Shown one piece after another: positions 26,701 to 39,872 of a stretch of DNA of 64,000 bases. Source of the DNA: Felis catus. Its lineage: Eukaryota. The stretch is taken from positions 15,874,001 to 15,938,000 of the forward strand of contig NC_058383.1 in NCBI RefSeq assembly GCF_018350175.1, given 5' to 3'. Every line of letters starts with the position of its first letter. The stretch's first letter is position 1. The notes beneath the pieces were generated by a model, which ran no database searches, was not told the DNA's origin, and saw nothing but the letters and a program-made list of their open reading frames with translations. A program made the position numbers and the translations under genes.

Positions 26701-28096
26701 ACCATGGCTGAGGTATAACTAAAAGAAGCCTCAGCCTCCAAAACTGAATACTAACAAATGGTGGATGCTGACATTACTTCTGGATGCAGGGAGAATAAAT
26801 GGCTGTAAAGTTAATGCAGAGAAATTCTCAAGTCCTTTGCACTTTCCACTCGGTGTGAAGACCTCATTTCTTATCCTCCTCTTGTGAGAAGAGATACTGC
26901 TACAAGCCGTGGTAAATGTTTTTGTACCCTTTGTGGCCAAATTCCAGGCTGGGGAAAATCTGGTTACAAAATGGTCCAACCGCTGGGAAATATACATAGT
27001 TTTTATCAAGACCTACTACCTATCTGTGAAAAGAAGAGAATAAACATTTGAGTGGACGCCACACACATCTTTCTTCTCACCCTGTAAAAAGCATATGGCT
27101 TGGAGGAAAAAGTAAGCCTTCTGAATCAGACCCAATTAGCCACTCGTTAGCCAAGACTATGGTGAGGGTGTTAAAGGTGACCTACGCAAAGCCCGGGCAT
27201 ATAGCAGGCACTCTCGATAACAGCTAATCGTCCCAAGTAATGATAGAGCTTTCTACTGGCTCTGAGATGAGGTCACGCTAACCTTCCTCATCTTCTCTCT
27301 CCATCTGTCATTAAGCCATGAATAACATATGTTGCTGATTAAAGTTGGAGGAGACACGACATGTGATCTTTAACCCAGAGGGACACGGATTAGTTTCTTG
27401 CTGATTTGTTTGTTCTTTTCTAAGCTGAATCTCCAACATAGTCGAAAGCACCAGAATAAGGGTACAAAAAAAAAAGAAAAGATCTCTTTTTAGCCTGAAG
27501 GCCAGTTCCCCCAGAAAGTCACCCTTTATGGAAGGAATTTTTCTAATTCAATTTTGGGTGCATTTTCAAGGACAGAAACAACACTGGGAAGTCAATAAAA
27601 GTTTTAGTCCAAAATTAAATAACCCATGACCCTTTAAAAATAAGGTTCTTTTAAAGCAATCTAAACATCATAGGTATTTCTGGCTACTTTCTTCCACACT
27701 TTTCTGAAGCAAATTTGACAAAGTTAAGTACTTCTAAAACTGACTCTGCAAACTCCTTTGTTCCTATTTGTTAATTCTCCAATCAGTTTTTTTTGGTTTT
27801 TTTACTGGCAGTTAAATGGCCTAATAGTTGTAGCTTACCGATCCTCTGTGCCCTCTACAGGAGAGGGAAACTGCCCCCGCACACCAATTAATACAGCAAC
27901 CACGCGGTTTGTCTCACTGGGCCTCATTTTCACATTCTCCTTATACCACATGTGGCTTCTACTCTTGCTGCCTTGCATAATTCTAGAGCTTGATACTGTG
28001 ACTGCTGTGCAGACAGTGCAAGTGATGAGGCTCCAATGAATGAGCTTATGCAGGGAAACAAGATGATCAAGTGTGTGGTTTTAACAGTGATGCAGA

Positions 28097-28315
28097 GGGG
28101 CCCCTGGGTGGCTCAGTCGGTTAAGCAGCCGACTTCAGCTCAGGTCATGATCTCGTGGTCCGTGAGTTCGAGCCCGACTGGCTCTGTGCTGACAGCTCAG
28201 AGCCTGGAGCCTGTTTCAGATTCTGTGTCTCCCTCTCTCTGACCCTCCCCTGTTCATGCTCTGTCTCTCCCTGTCTCAAAAAATAAAATATAATTAAAAA
28301 AAACGTTAAAAAAAA
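28097..28315 (+). repeat. SINEC_Fc
   Basis: TSD aa.agtgatg.aga on both sides. Confidence 0.9.
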
Positions 28316-28993
28316 AAAGTGATGTAGAAGGTGGGTTGGAGGGGGCAGGCTGAGGCAGGGAAGATGAGAGAACAACTCCAAGAGCCGCACTGAGAAATGA
28401 CAGAAATTAACACAGTGCCGGAGGGAGAGAAGAGAGAATAAGACAGGAGCAATGGAACCTGGGGACAAAGTGCATATGGAATCAAAGGGAGAGAATGTCT
28501 TCTAGGCTTCTGGCTTGGGAGACTGGGCCAGGAGGCTGAGAGAGAAAGAGAGCATGTGGGGAAGGTACACATGTGCTCCGTGAACCAAGAACAGAAACAG
28601 GAAGAGTGGGATCGAAGGGTGGGAGTCGGGGAAGAGAAATTCTGCCAGAGTCATGGTGAGTCTATTGTTTTTATGCAACATCTGGTTGGCAATAACTCCT
28701 ACAGGAAAGCAGTGGTCAGAATGGGGTAGGACATCAAGGGAGACAAAGAGCTGCCAAGTCACAGGCCCAAACCTGAAGGAAAGAATTAAATTTCGTCCAG
28801 TCTTCTACTTTCACTAAGTCCATACTAAGTAGGATCCAACTGGTGAGGTCTCCTTTCACTTATAAAATAGGGTATTTGGGCAGTCTTTTCAAGAAATGGC
28901 AGTTCCAGTCTTGTCCGTTCTCAGCCTTTATCACCCTTCCTCCCTCTCAGACCCAGAAACCAATCCTCTCACGTTCAAGCCTCCTTCACTCAC

Positions 28994-29051
28994 CAGCTGG
29001 ATCTCAACAGCAGTCATAGGCCTGTGGTTCAGCAGCTGAAGCTTTTCAGCT
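28994..29051 (-). CDS. CRCP: CRCP coding exon 5 (58 bp): (K)AEKLQLLNHRPMTAVEIQL
   Basis: cttttcttttgacag|A GCT GAA AAG ... ATC CAG CTG|gtgagt; phase 2/0 completes the AA+A Lys codon from exon 4. Confidence 0.97.
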
Positions 29052-29779
29052 CTGTCAAAAGAAAAGTAGAAAGCATTTAAAACTCTTATTCCCCTCAAAA
29101 TCTTGAGTCTTGACCAAGCTGTTTAGAGAACACTGTGTCAGATAACAAATGGGAAAACCACCTGGAACTTGGCCCTCCGTTTCTTCAAGTGTAAAATGAG
29201 AGAATGGAAATAGGAGAGCCTATGTTGGAGACTTTTGGGAGGATACAAATGTGTATTAGAATCCTAAAGATCACAGAGGTGTGGACTGAAAGAAATGTAA
29301 CAAATAGCAGAGGTGCAGTTTTAATAAATTTTATCTGGAAAATGTGAAGAAAATAATGTTTTCTTAATCCAGATAACAGAAAGTAAAGAAAGATTAATAA
29401 AATAACCTTGGTTGGTTGGTATCACTTAGAAATGCCCGAGAATTCCTTTTTGAGATTAATATTAAATGTCAGATTTGACTTGTTACCTTAGAAACAAAAA
29501 ACGGCTAGGAGGGAACAGGGTTTAATGCACAGTAGTATAAGGTACAGTCCTCTGACCACAAGGAGTTTACAATTCAGTTGGGGAAAGAAGACAAATACAA
29601 GCCAATTTTAACAAAAACTGTAAGTAACAGTTGATGGTAATAATTATCTCCTGTTACAAGGCAACAGCTGGCTCATTGGTAAACAGGTGGTTGAAATGTG
29701 TGGACACTCAAAGGTGATAGGACTTAAAAGAAAAAAGAACAGCTTCAATTACTACCCCTCTGTGGTGACAATTTCTAAA

Positions 29780-30200
29780 TTTCCCTCTCAATCTGACCCA
29801 GGAGCTCCAGATTCATCTTTCAATTCAACTCCGTAAATATTTATTGAGCTTAAAGACATTGTGAAAAAAACAGATGAATAAGCCACATGCCCACAGCCAC
29901 ATTTGGGGAAGCAGCACATTACCCCACCTCCCTAAGCCTCGGTCTCACCATCTGTAAAACAGGAATGACAATAGAACTTAATATCTCGCCAGGGGGTTAG
30001 GAGGGATGAACATCTTTCCGTTTATAGTGCCAGCAGCTACCATTTACTGCTTACTTCCCATATGGCAAGCACATTGAACCCTCAGACTTAATAGAGGCTG
30101 AGATGGTAAATAACTTGCCCAAGGTTACACAGCTAGTGAATGGCAGAGCTGGGACTCTGCCATCAAAGCTCGTGTTCTTAACCATCTGCTTCTAGTATTC
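29780..30200. mobile_element. L2/MIR cluster
   Basis: aaatatttattgagc; aagcctcggtctcaccatctgtaaaacagg; aacttgcccaaggttacacagctagtgaatggcagagctggga (MIR core). Confidence 0.65.
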
Positions 30201-30429
30201 AGTATTCAAAATGATGACTGTCACACAGCAATTTCCCCACAAATGGCAGTCATCATTAAGGCACTTGTAGTTAAGTTCTACTCCTCATAATCCCTCAACA
30301 TTTATTCTAGACTCAAAGATGACTTCACATGGGAGAAAACCCTTATCCTGGGCCCTGAAAGGTTTTCTAGGCAAATGACGAGAAGAAATGGCCAGGCAGG
30401 GCAGGAACGGCATAAGTAAATGGCCAGAA

Positions 30430-31320
30430 GAACAAAAATTATGGAGTTTTAGGAAATGGTGGCTTGAGAGGCTGTGGGACACGAGGCTGAGTCATCCAGG
30501 ACAAGACGACATGGGGATTCAACTACCAACAGGCTGCATATGACTCTCTGGACACTGGGAAGAACCAAGGAGAGAAGTGATACGCTCGCAGGTGAGAATA
30601 AGAGGCCATAAACTTGGGTAGCGGCAGCAAGGTTGGCAATGAGAGGCTGGGCTTGTGAGATGCTCTGGTCACCCCGAGGTATAGTCAACAGGATCTGACA
30701 ACTGCCTTAGCTGGGTGAGAGCAGGGTGAAGGAAAGAGAAGAGTCAGGGTTCATTGTCATGTTCTTAGCCTGTTTGGCAAAAATATATTACTTGAAATCT
30801 GAATTGAGTTTGTGTGGTTTTGGAAGAACAAAGAGGTCTCGGTCCAGCTGTTTGTCTAGTTTTAGTTCTTAGTGTGATCTAGAACTAAAGAAAAAGACCA
30901 GAGCTGGACATATTAGCAAGGAGTTAGACAAAACCATGGGAGTTAGACAAAACCACAGGCAGAGATCAACTAACTACAGAGTAAGTGAAGACCCAGGACA
31001 GAGCACCATAAAGCATCTCTGTTCAACAGTCAGGGCAAGAAGGTGGGGAAGGAGGTGGAGGAGGGGGACAAGGGGAGGGAGGAGCACAGACAAAGAAAAC
31101 CTAGGAGAGTGGTGTTAGGGAAAAGTTCCAGGAAGAGGGTATTAGCAACAATGTCACATGCTGAAAACGGGAAAGTAGGTTGACTGTATACAAGCCACTG
31201 GATTTGCCAAAAAAAGAGGGCACTGGTGGCCCGTGCAAGGAGTTTGGTGGAATGACGATCATGATGACAACTGGATTATGGGGGCTGAGGAGTAACTGTG
31301 GAGAAGATAAACTTTTGTTC
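30430..31320. mobile_element. L2 fragments flanking the DAZAP2 retrocopy
   Basis: Purine-rich degenerate L2 motifs (aatgtcacatgctg, ggatttg.ca, ggagtttggtggaatga). Confidence 0.5.
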
Positions 31321-33240
31321 AATGCGGTGTCATCACTTTATTAAAATCTTCAAAAACGGTCTTTATCTTACGTTTTTAATATAAAAAAATCCACAAGGAA
31401 AGCACACCACACTGAGAATTTCCATAATAATAATGGATACAGTCAAACATCACATGTACAGAACACAAAATTTAGATGAACTGAAATTGTAAGCTAAAAT
31501 AAAACCCAATCTCAGAAAACAAAATACAAAATATTAACAATTCAAACATTCTTTTTTTTTTAATGTTTATTTTTGAGAGACAGAGAGAGACAGCATGAGT
31601 GGGGGAGGGGCAGAGAGGGAGGGGGGGACATAGAACATGAAGCAGGCTCCAGGCTCTGAGCTGTCAGCACAGAGCCCGACGCGAGGCTCTAACTCACAGA
31701 CCACAAGATCATGACCTGAGCCGAAGTCGGATGCTCTACCGACTGAGCCACCCAGGCGCCCCACAATTCAAACATTCTTAATCCTAATGAGATTTCACCA
31801 GAATCAAGTCACTTGGAAGTGAGGCATTTACGATAATGACCCCGTTAATGCAGCTTAGAAATTTTTGGGAGCCCTAAGTGGCAGCATCAGGCAATCTAAC
31901 AACAAATGGGAACGAAATTTTGATCTGAAAACTCCCCTATATTTGACTTGAAAGCTATTAGGCTTTTGAAAGGCATCCTCTCCACTGCCCCTCAGATTTT
32001 AAATGAACTGTTGTTTTCAGTACAGTTCGTATTGATATTCTTTGTTCAAACGAACCTCAGCTCTTCTGGCACCAAAGCAAATTTAGATTTGGTCTGTGTC
32101 TGATGAAACAACATATGAGGAGGGTCCAAGAGGCAGATGCAAAAGTAAAAGCAATGGAGTCTGTGCTTGGGGCACAGAGGGTTTTTCAGAGGATCCTTGT
32201 GAAAGACCAGTTAAAAGATGGCAAGTGACATGTGCGAGAGAGAAGGAAGTTAGCCCGACTGGCTTTCTGTTCTACAACACTGATTCAATGGAGATGGGCA
32301 GGAGGGAATGGAAGACTAGGTTTGAGGGTGGGATGTGGAGCAAAGGATGGAAAGGCAAAGTCAGACAACTAACACGTTTCGTTTATAACATGTAGTATAA
32401 ATCAAAGACTTAAAGGAGACGAAAGACCAATCAGAGTAATTTGGCAACTTTAATTCTCAGGAAGATGAAAGTTCCCTGCAAACCTAATTTGGTGTATCAT
32501 TACTAAAAGCAAAGACCAGCATGATACCGTATAACTCCAGAGGAATGTAAGGAAGATCCTTAGGGCTGCTCTACCCATGTTTTTTTATGAATGGCTACCT
32601 CCTCTACATCAAAATGCTTCACGGAGGTACCGCTACCATTAAGTGCTCTCTGATTGAATCTGAAAAGTGCCCAAAAGTTTGAGCACCAGAAAGACACCCA
32701 ACATGTGTCTAAAGTGAAACATGAGGTTCATATGATCTGTGCTGTCTTTCCTGGCATAGCAGTGGACTGGTTCCTCACCAGATGCTGGAGCCACCATTTA
32801 TGCCACCATGAAGAAGTCTGAGCAGCACTGGGAAGGCATCCTGGGGGTGGAGGAGGAATGTTGCCAGCAGCAGCCCCAGCTCTGAATCTGGTACCTGCAA
32901 AATATGCTCCTTCCACCGGCACTGTTGAATCAGGCAGACAGATGGGAGCAAGCGGATAATAAGCCACAGGGGCTGTGGAACCTAAAGGGCCAAAAGCCAC
33001 AGTGTGGTCAGGAAAAGCAGCTGACGTAGTGGGGACTGCAGCAGCTCCTGGATGCACAAAGCTCAAACAACACAGCTCCGAGTAGTCAGATGAAGCATCA
33101 CTACAGGTGTAGCCTGAGGAGAACGCAAGGTCTGAGGCCACGCTCGATTCCCATGAGGCTGCACAGATTAGCTGGCTGTTAGAGACTGACCTCTGCTGTT
33201 CACAACAGCCACGGGTCTGGTTCTGCTCCACATCACAGAC
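31321..33240 (-). pseudogene. DAZAP2: Processed pseudogene of DAZAP2 (near full-length mRNA copy, old and degenerate) in CRCP intron 4
   Basis: Intronless remnant ...YSEL..SFVHPGAAAVPT.SAAFP...GPLGST.P.AYYP...VEG.Y.AG.RF.AGA.AGNIPPPPPGC.P.AAQ. Start codon decayed to GTG (33201-33203), stop at 32775-32777, with frameshifts and deletions. The long 3' UTR matches recalled DAZAP2 mRNA down to AATAAA at 31337-31342. Interrupted by a SINE. Confidence 0.9.
31554..31762 (-). repeat. SINEC_Fc inserted in the DAZAP2 retrocopy 3' UTR
   Basis: TSD acaattcaaacattctt at 31537-31553 and 31763-31779. Confidence 0.93.
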
Positions 33241-33589
33241 CAAAATGACCTCTTGACAGGTGGAAGTAAAAAAGCAGTTACAGCCTGAGAAGGGTAGGTT
33301 CTGGGGGGCCCCAGAACATGTTTGTCAGCTAAGGAGATTAGCATAAGGAGAGACCAAAATTATAGGAGTGAAAGGGAAAAACAAAGTTGAAAGTCTCAGC
33401 AAAGGAGCTCACGTTCCACTGACACCGCAGCAATGTGGAAAAGAAAAAGCAAATTTGAGGGGATCTGAAGGGAAAGGAGTTCATTTTGGATAATTTTCTC
33501 AGTGAAGCAGAAGTGGGGTTCTCTGCTCCTACATCCAAAGAGCTGAACACTGCAGGAGCAAAACCACAGAACCACACTCACTACAGGTT

Positions 33590-34280
33590 CCAGTGTGAAG
33601 GGATGGGGGTTACAAACATCCCCCTCACATCGTCACCAAGCCAGTTTTTATTGTCTCTACTTTCTCCCCTTCACTTTTCAACTCATGGCACTTTAGCTCC
33701 TGTCCCAACTGATCACCAAAACTGTTCTTGCTAAAGGGCCTGATGACCTCCATATTGACAACTCTAGGGGATGCTTCTCCGACCTTGTCTCTGCCATATC
33801 TAACATGGTTGATCACTCCCTCCTTAAAATTATCTATCCCTGCAGCTTCCACGACACCATTCTTTTCTGATTCTCATGTCTGACTATTCCTTCTTCATCT
33901 CTTTCTAGGTTTTTTCTTCTGTAACATTTCCATGGTGCCATTTTTCACCTGACCGCTTACTGAGTTCCTCATCCAAACCTCATAATCGTGTCCCCTACTA
34001 TAGACTTTAGCCAATAAGTCCGTGTTCTCACGTTATGTGATCTGAGCTCCAGATCTCTGTAACCAAATGCCACCTAGACGTCTCCAACTAAAATACCTCA
34101 GACACATTTCAAGCTCCGCACATCCCAAAGTGGTCTGTCCTTCCCAACAAACCAGCTCCATTCTCTGTACTTTTCACTTCGGTAAAGAACCAAACACCCA
34201 GTCCAGAAACCTGAGGGTCATCCCTACTATGCCTTATATTGCATTCATCTTTGTATCCCCCAAAACAGAGACAAAGCTGC
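33590..34280. mobile_element. L2 fragment
   Basis: tgacctccatattg.caa.tcta, gttgatcactccctcctt.aaa, ctcagacacatttcaagctc.gca.atcccaaa, ccagaaacctgagggtcatcc motifs. Confidence 0.6.
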
Positions 34281-34670
34281 CATGAGATCGATGTATGTAG
34301 AGGATAATTAAAGAAAGAGCTAAGGCAGGTCTGACTTTCAGAAGAAGTGAAACTGTTGATCACTGGGAAGACCTGGGGCAGGATTTCATGCTTTGAAAGC
34401 AGACAAGCTAACTCCAGAAACTAGGGAAACCTGACAACCCATCCATCTACTCTGAGCTTTGCTGGCCAGAAGTACATTTCCCAAATATATTGCCAAACAC
34501 CAAGAGTAATCTGTGTACAGAAGAGTTCCTTTTAGGGACTCAAAGTTATTTACAAACCTACCTAAGCTGAGTCTCAATGGCAAGTTGTTCTTCTATTCCT
34601 GGCGGACATAGCTGTACATCTTAGGGAGAGGATCTCAGGATGAGACCTGGGGCTGCAAGCCAGGCGCTTC

Positions 34671-35190
34671 GGGGAGCCTCGGTCAGTTAAGCGTCCAACT
34701 CTGGCTCAGGTCATGATCTCGTGGTCCATGAGTTCGAGTCCCACGTCGGGCTCTGTGCTGACAGCTCAGAGCCTAGAGCCTGCTTCAGATTCTGTGTCTT
34801 CTTCTCTCTGCCCCTCCCCCACTCTCTCTCTCTTTCAAAAATAAACATTAAAGAAAATTTTTTTAATAAAAAAACATTTAAAAAAGAACTAAATGCCTCA
34901 AGCAAAAATTAAATTATTAAGGAACCAAATGCTTTGGGTGAGGTAACCATGCTATAGAAAACAACATAGGACTTAGGACACCTCGGTGGTTCAGTCGGTT
35001 AAGCGTCCAACTTTGGCTCAAGGCATGATCTCGCAGTTCATGGGTTTGAGCCCTGCATCAGGCTCTGTGCTGACAGCTCAGTGCCCGAAGACTGCTTCGG
35101 ATTCTGTGTCTCCCTGTCTCTCTTGCCCTCCCCACTTGCACTGTTTCTCTCTCTCAAAAATAAACACTAAAAAAGAAAAAAAAAGAAAAT
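34671..35190 (+). repeat. Two CanSINEs (34671-34885, 34975-35190)
   Basis: SINE bodies with A tails; the second is flanked by cataggactt. Confidence 0.88.
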
Positions 35191-36554
35191 AGCATAGGAC
35201 TTGGTTTTAAAGTGACTTCAAGTTGAGTCTCACTACTATCATTTTGCTGAATAAAGCTATGAAGTAAAATAAAACATGGTTCCTTCTATGTCCCCAAGGA
35301 CTCTAGTAGTGGAGGTATTTAAATTAATAAAGCTCAGTTTTGGACCATGAGAACTTGACAATTCAAGGCTATTCTCTTTAATCTCCTCTCCCTGAGAGAA
35401 TAATAGAGAAAAACTCTACTAGTAGAGAATATGCAGATGTAAGGATTAAAAAGCACTTAAGCAGTTTCTGTTACAAATGTGATTCTTGTTTTACACCACC
35501 CTGGCTAGCATAAGATAGTCCAGGTCTCCACGGCATATGGCAAGCAACCCTCTGAGTCCCAAGTAATGAGGCCAATGAAAGCCAAAGGGCTGCAATGGTT
35601 GGTTACTGTCTCCAGGAGTCAAGCCCCAGCTACAGAGAAAGAAGCCTGCCAGCCCCCTCTACTGGTTCTTTGTAGAACAACACTGCCTGCAGCTTTTGCT
35701 TCTTGCAGTCATTGATAACCTATGCAAAAACCCTGGCACATGATCTGTCCCAGTAATAAACCATTTAATGAAAGGCAATCACAAATGGAAAAAAGACACT
35801 TCTCCGAATATTACAATCTGTTTTAAATTTACATAGATTATGTCCAATCATGAATCAGCTTGCAAGACAATTCCCATTTGTGCGTTTCTTTCTTTTCTTT
35901 TTTTTAAAGATTAAACTCTATGCCCAACTCTTGCATTCATGACCCCGAGATCAAAAGGCACATGCTCTACTGAGCCAGCCAGGCACCTCATTTATGGGTA
36001 TCTCAAATGGTAGCCAGGTACATTTTTGTGGCAGAAAAGATGTAGGGATGGGGAAACAACACACCAGACTAGATAAACAGCTCAGAAGAGATCTTAAAAA
36101 TCAATAAACAGGACTTGTGTTATAGACAAGATAGAGTGAGACCACTAAAGCCAATCTTTCTGATCATAACAAAAAATGAAAAAGAAAAAGAAAAAAAAAA
36201 CAGGACAGACTACAAAAGGAATAACCTAAGAACTCTGAAAAGTATACAGAAGTAGGTGGGCCAGGTAGAGAAACAAAACTTGAAGGGCTAGCTGGTGTGG
36301 CGGGTGGATGTGAGTTTCTTCCGCTTTGTTTTCTCTTTTCTCTCACAGCCTTGATCCTCAGAACTATGGCAGTAGCTCCACAAGCAGCTGAAACTCCAAG
36401 AGAAATTCCATCTTTCCAGCCATAAGACTGGAAAAAGGGGCCCCTGCAACCTAGTAATCTGAAATTCACAACACAAGGGCAACTCCTCAGGGAGGCCTGG
36501 CAGCGAAGGTAGCCAGGAGGAGAGTCCCAATGGTCCAGAGTGCCAACTAATATC

Positions 36555-36632
36555 TCCCCCTCTTTATTTCTTTATTTCTTCCTCTCTTTATTTCTTTATC
36601 TCTTTATTTCTCTTCCTCTCTTTATTTCTTCC
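36555..36632. repeat. Degenerate pyrimidine tandem repeat (CTCTTTATTT-like units)
   Basis: Direct reading. Confidence 0.8.
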
Positions 36633-37514
36633 TGCTTTGCCCCAAAAGTAACACCAGTAACAACTGTATGTGGGCAGCTAAAACTTTGAGAGAAATCCAG
36701 TACTGTGGCCAGAGAACCAAAAGAGGGGGCTCAAGTAGGTCAGAGAGTATGGTGGCAATGCCAGAGAAGTGACCTAGAGAAGGGGATTCTCCTAAGTTTG
36801 AACATTCATCAGCACAAACCCTAGGTTCAGCCTCAGCTCTTCACCGAGGAGTGAACAAGTTAAACCACCACTCGTCTCATTTGCAAAAAAGATCTAAAGC
36901 AGCAGATCAAAGGTTTTAAAAACTAAACTGACACTGAAATCCTCACCCATGAAGGCAAGAGACTTGAGGTGTGAACCTAACTGGGTTGATGGACTGCTAA
37001 AAGAAACAACAACAAAAAAGCAACATTACCCAGAGGCTTTTAACAGGACCCAGAGTCTAAACAATATGATATTCAAAAAGTCCAGGATATAATAGAAAAT
37101 TACCTCAATGAGAAGAAAATACAACTCATTCTCAAGGGAAAAGATAATCAACAGATACCAAACCTATAATAACCCATACACTGGAATTATCAAAGACTTT
37201 AAAGTAACTATTATAATAATATTCTTAAAATAAATGGAATATTAGAAGTCCTCAGGAGACAAAAATTATAAATAATAAACAAACGGAAATTTTAGAACTA
37301 AAAAACATAATGCATGAAATAAAAAATTTGCTGGCGGGGCTTAGTAACAAAATGGAGATGACACAAGAGTCTGTGAACTTAGATCAGTATGAAGTATCTT
37401 GTTTGAACAACAAAGAGGGGGAGGGAAAGGAAAAAAAGAAACTGAACAGAGAGGATTCGGGGAAAATGGCAGAGCGGGAAGAACCAGGAATCTGCCTCTC
37501 CACCAGCTAGACAA

Positions 37515-38874
37515 AAACGGTCTATAGACAACTAGATCTAAATGTAAAATGCAAAACTATAAACAGTCCTAGAAGATAACGCAGCAAAAAACCTAGATGA
37601 TCTTGAATTTGGTGATGACTTTTCAGCTAAAACACCAAAGGCATGATCCATGAAAGAAATAATTAATAAACTGGACTTCATTAAAATTAAATAAAAACAT
37701 TCGCTCTGTGAAACACAACATCAGAAAAATGAGAAAACAAACCACAGACTAGGAGAAAATATTTACAAAAGACAGGATAAAGTACTGATGTCCAAAACAT
37801 ACAACAAATTCTTAAAACTTAACAATAAGAAAATCCAATTGAAAAATGGCTAAGACCTGAACAAAATACCTCATTAAAAAGATTCAGAGATGGCAAAGAA
37901 GCATGCAAAAAGATGCTCCACATTATGTCATTAAGGAAATGCAAGTTAAAATGAGACGTTACACATCTAATTAGAATGGCCAAAATCCAGAACACTAACA
38001 TCACCAGAACACTAACATAACACTAACAATCAAATGCTGGTGAGAACTGGAGCCAAGAGAAACTCTTTCATTGATGGTGAGGATGAAGATACAGCCATTT
38101 TGGAAGACAGTCTTGGTTAGCCATAGTCTTACCATCAATCCACTGCATTCCTTGGTATTTACCCAAAGGAGCTGAAAACTTGCATCGGCAAAAAACTCTG
38201 CACACAAATGTTTATACCAGGATTTTTGGATAACTGCCCAAACTTGGAAGCAACCAAGATGCCTTTTAGTGGGTAATGGATACACAAACTGTGGTACATT
38301 CAGACAATGGAATATTATTCACTGCTATAGAGAAATGAGCTTTGAAACCATAAAAAGACATGAAGGAAGTTTAAAATGCATGTTACTAAGTGAAAGAAGA
38401 CAATCTGAAAAAAACTATATACTGTATGATTCCAACTACATGACATTCTGAAAGCAAAACTACGGAGACAGTAAAAAGAACAGTGGTTACCAGGGGTTAT
38501 GTGTGGGGAGGGAGGGATTAATAGGTGGAGCACAGGGGATTTCTAGGTCAATGAAAACACTCTATATGACACTGCAACAGTGGATACAAGTCATTATACA
38601 TTTGTCCAAACACACAGAATGTGTAACTCTTAGAGTGAACCCCAATGTAAACTATGGACTTTAGGTGATATTGATGTGTCAATGGAGGTTCATCGATTGT
38701 AACATATTTACCAATCTGATGGGGGATGTTGATAATGGGAGGGAGGCTATGCACCTGTTGAGGAAGGGGTATATGGGAAATCTCTGTATCTCCCCTTAAT
38801 TTTGCTGTTAACCTAAAAGTGATGTAAAAATATAAAGCCTCAATTAAAAAAAAAAAAAAAGAAAAAAAGAAAAA
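37515..38874 (+). mobile_element. L1MC1/2-like 5'-truncated insertion with poly(A) tail
   Basis: ORF2 end plus 3' UTR (agagtgaaccccaatgtaaactatggacttt...gggtatatgggaaatctctgta) and A-tail at 38846-38874. Confidence 0.8.
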
Positions 38875-38879
38875 GAACA

Positions 38880-39872
38880 GAGATGATTCTAAGAAGGTAC
38901 CAGGAATCTGTCTCCCCATCTAGACAACACCTGTACTGGTAGGATCTGTCTGATGTAACTATTTTGGAATTCTGGAGCCCGTTAAAGCTTACAACTTCCA
39001 GGCTAAGGCTTGGAAAGTAAACTTAATTTTGGTCGATTTCAGACCTTGGCACAGTGCCAGCTACCCATCCTCCAATTCTACTGGAATGGCTGCATCTGCG
39101 TTCCTGCAGCAGCTTGCATACAGCTTCCTGAAGCCAGAGAGGGCTGATTTCTCATCAGAAACTTTGAAGGCCAGGAGGCAGTGGGCCAAAATATTCCAAG
39201 TGCTAAAACAAAAAGAACTCTCGAGTAAGAATCCTATATCCAGAAAAACTATCCTTCAAAACTGAAGAAACAATTAAGACATTTCCTGTGAAACAAATGC
39301 TAAGTAAACCAGACTTACCCTGGAAGAATCACTCAACAATGTTGTGCAGTATGAAGTGAAAGGCTACACAGTAAATCAAAGCTGCATTAACAATGAAAGA
39401 ACCTCATAAAGGTAAACACATGGACAATTATAAAAGCTAGTATTATGGTAACAGCAGTTTGTAACTACACTTTTTGCTTTCTACAAAATTCAAGATGATT
39501 TAAAATACTTATGAGTTTATGTTTGGGGCATATAATGTACAAAGATGTGATTCTGTTATATCAGCAACTGAAAAGGATGGGGAAGGAGCAGAATTTTTGT
39601 ATGTTATTGAAGTTAAACTAGTATAAACTCAAATTAAAGTGTTATAATTTTAGGATGTTAAACCAGTGGTTGAGGCAGGAGGTTGGGGGAATCAGGAGTT
39701 ACTGTCTAATGGGTATAGCATTTCAGTTTTGCAAGATGAAAAGAGTTATGAAGATTGATGGTGGTGATGGCTACACAATATTATGAATGTATTTAATACA
39801 CCAAACTGCACATCTAAAAATGGTTGAAATGGTAAATTTTATGTTATGTGTATTTTACCACAACAAAAAATT
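38880..39872 (+). mobile_element. Internally deleted L1 (5' end, ORF1 end, inter-ORF, L1MB-type 3' end; no ORF2)
   Basis: ORF1 peptide ADFSSETLKARRQWAKIFQVLK (ORF 39029..39265), joined at ~39662 to a 3' UTR ending tattttaccacaacaaaaaa. Confidence 0.7.

Noticed and set aside
26731..27035. Possible extra CRCP exon after the acceptor-like ttctcttcttttcacag near 27024
   Set aside because: Exons 5 and 6 already join in frame to give the known protein; the segment has an early in-frame stop and no similarity I recognise.
32728..33243. 171-aa ORF as a functional DAZAP2 retrogene
   Set aside because: No ATG start, native start decayed to GTG in another frame, internal deletions, frameshifted termini and many radical substitutions.
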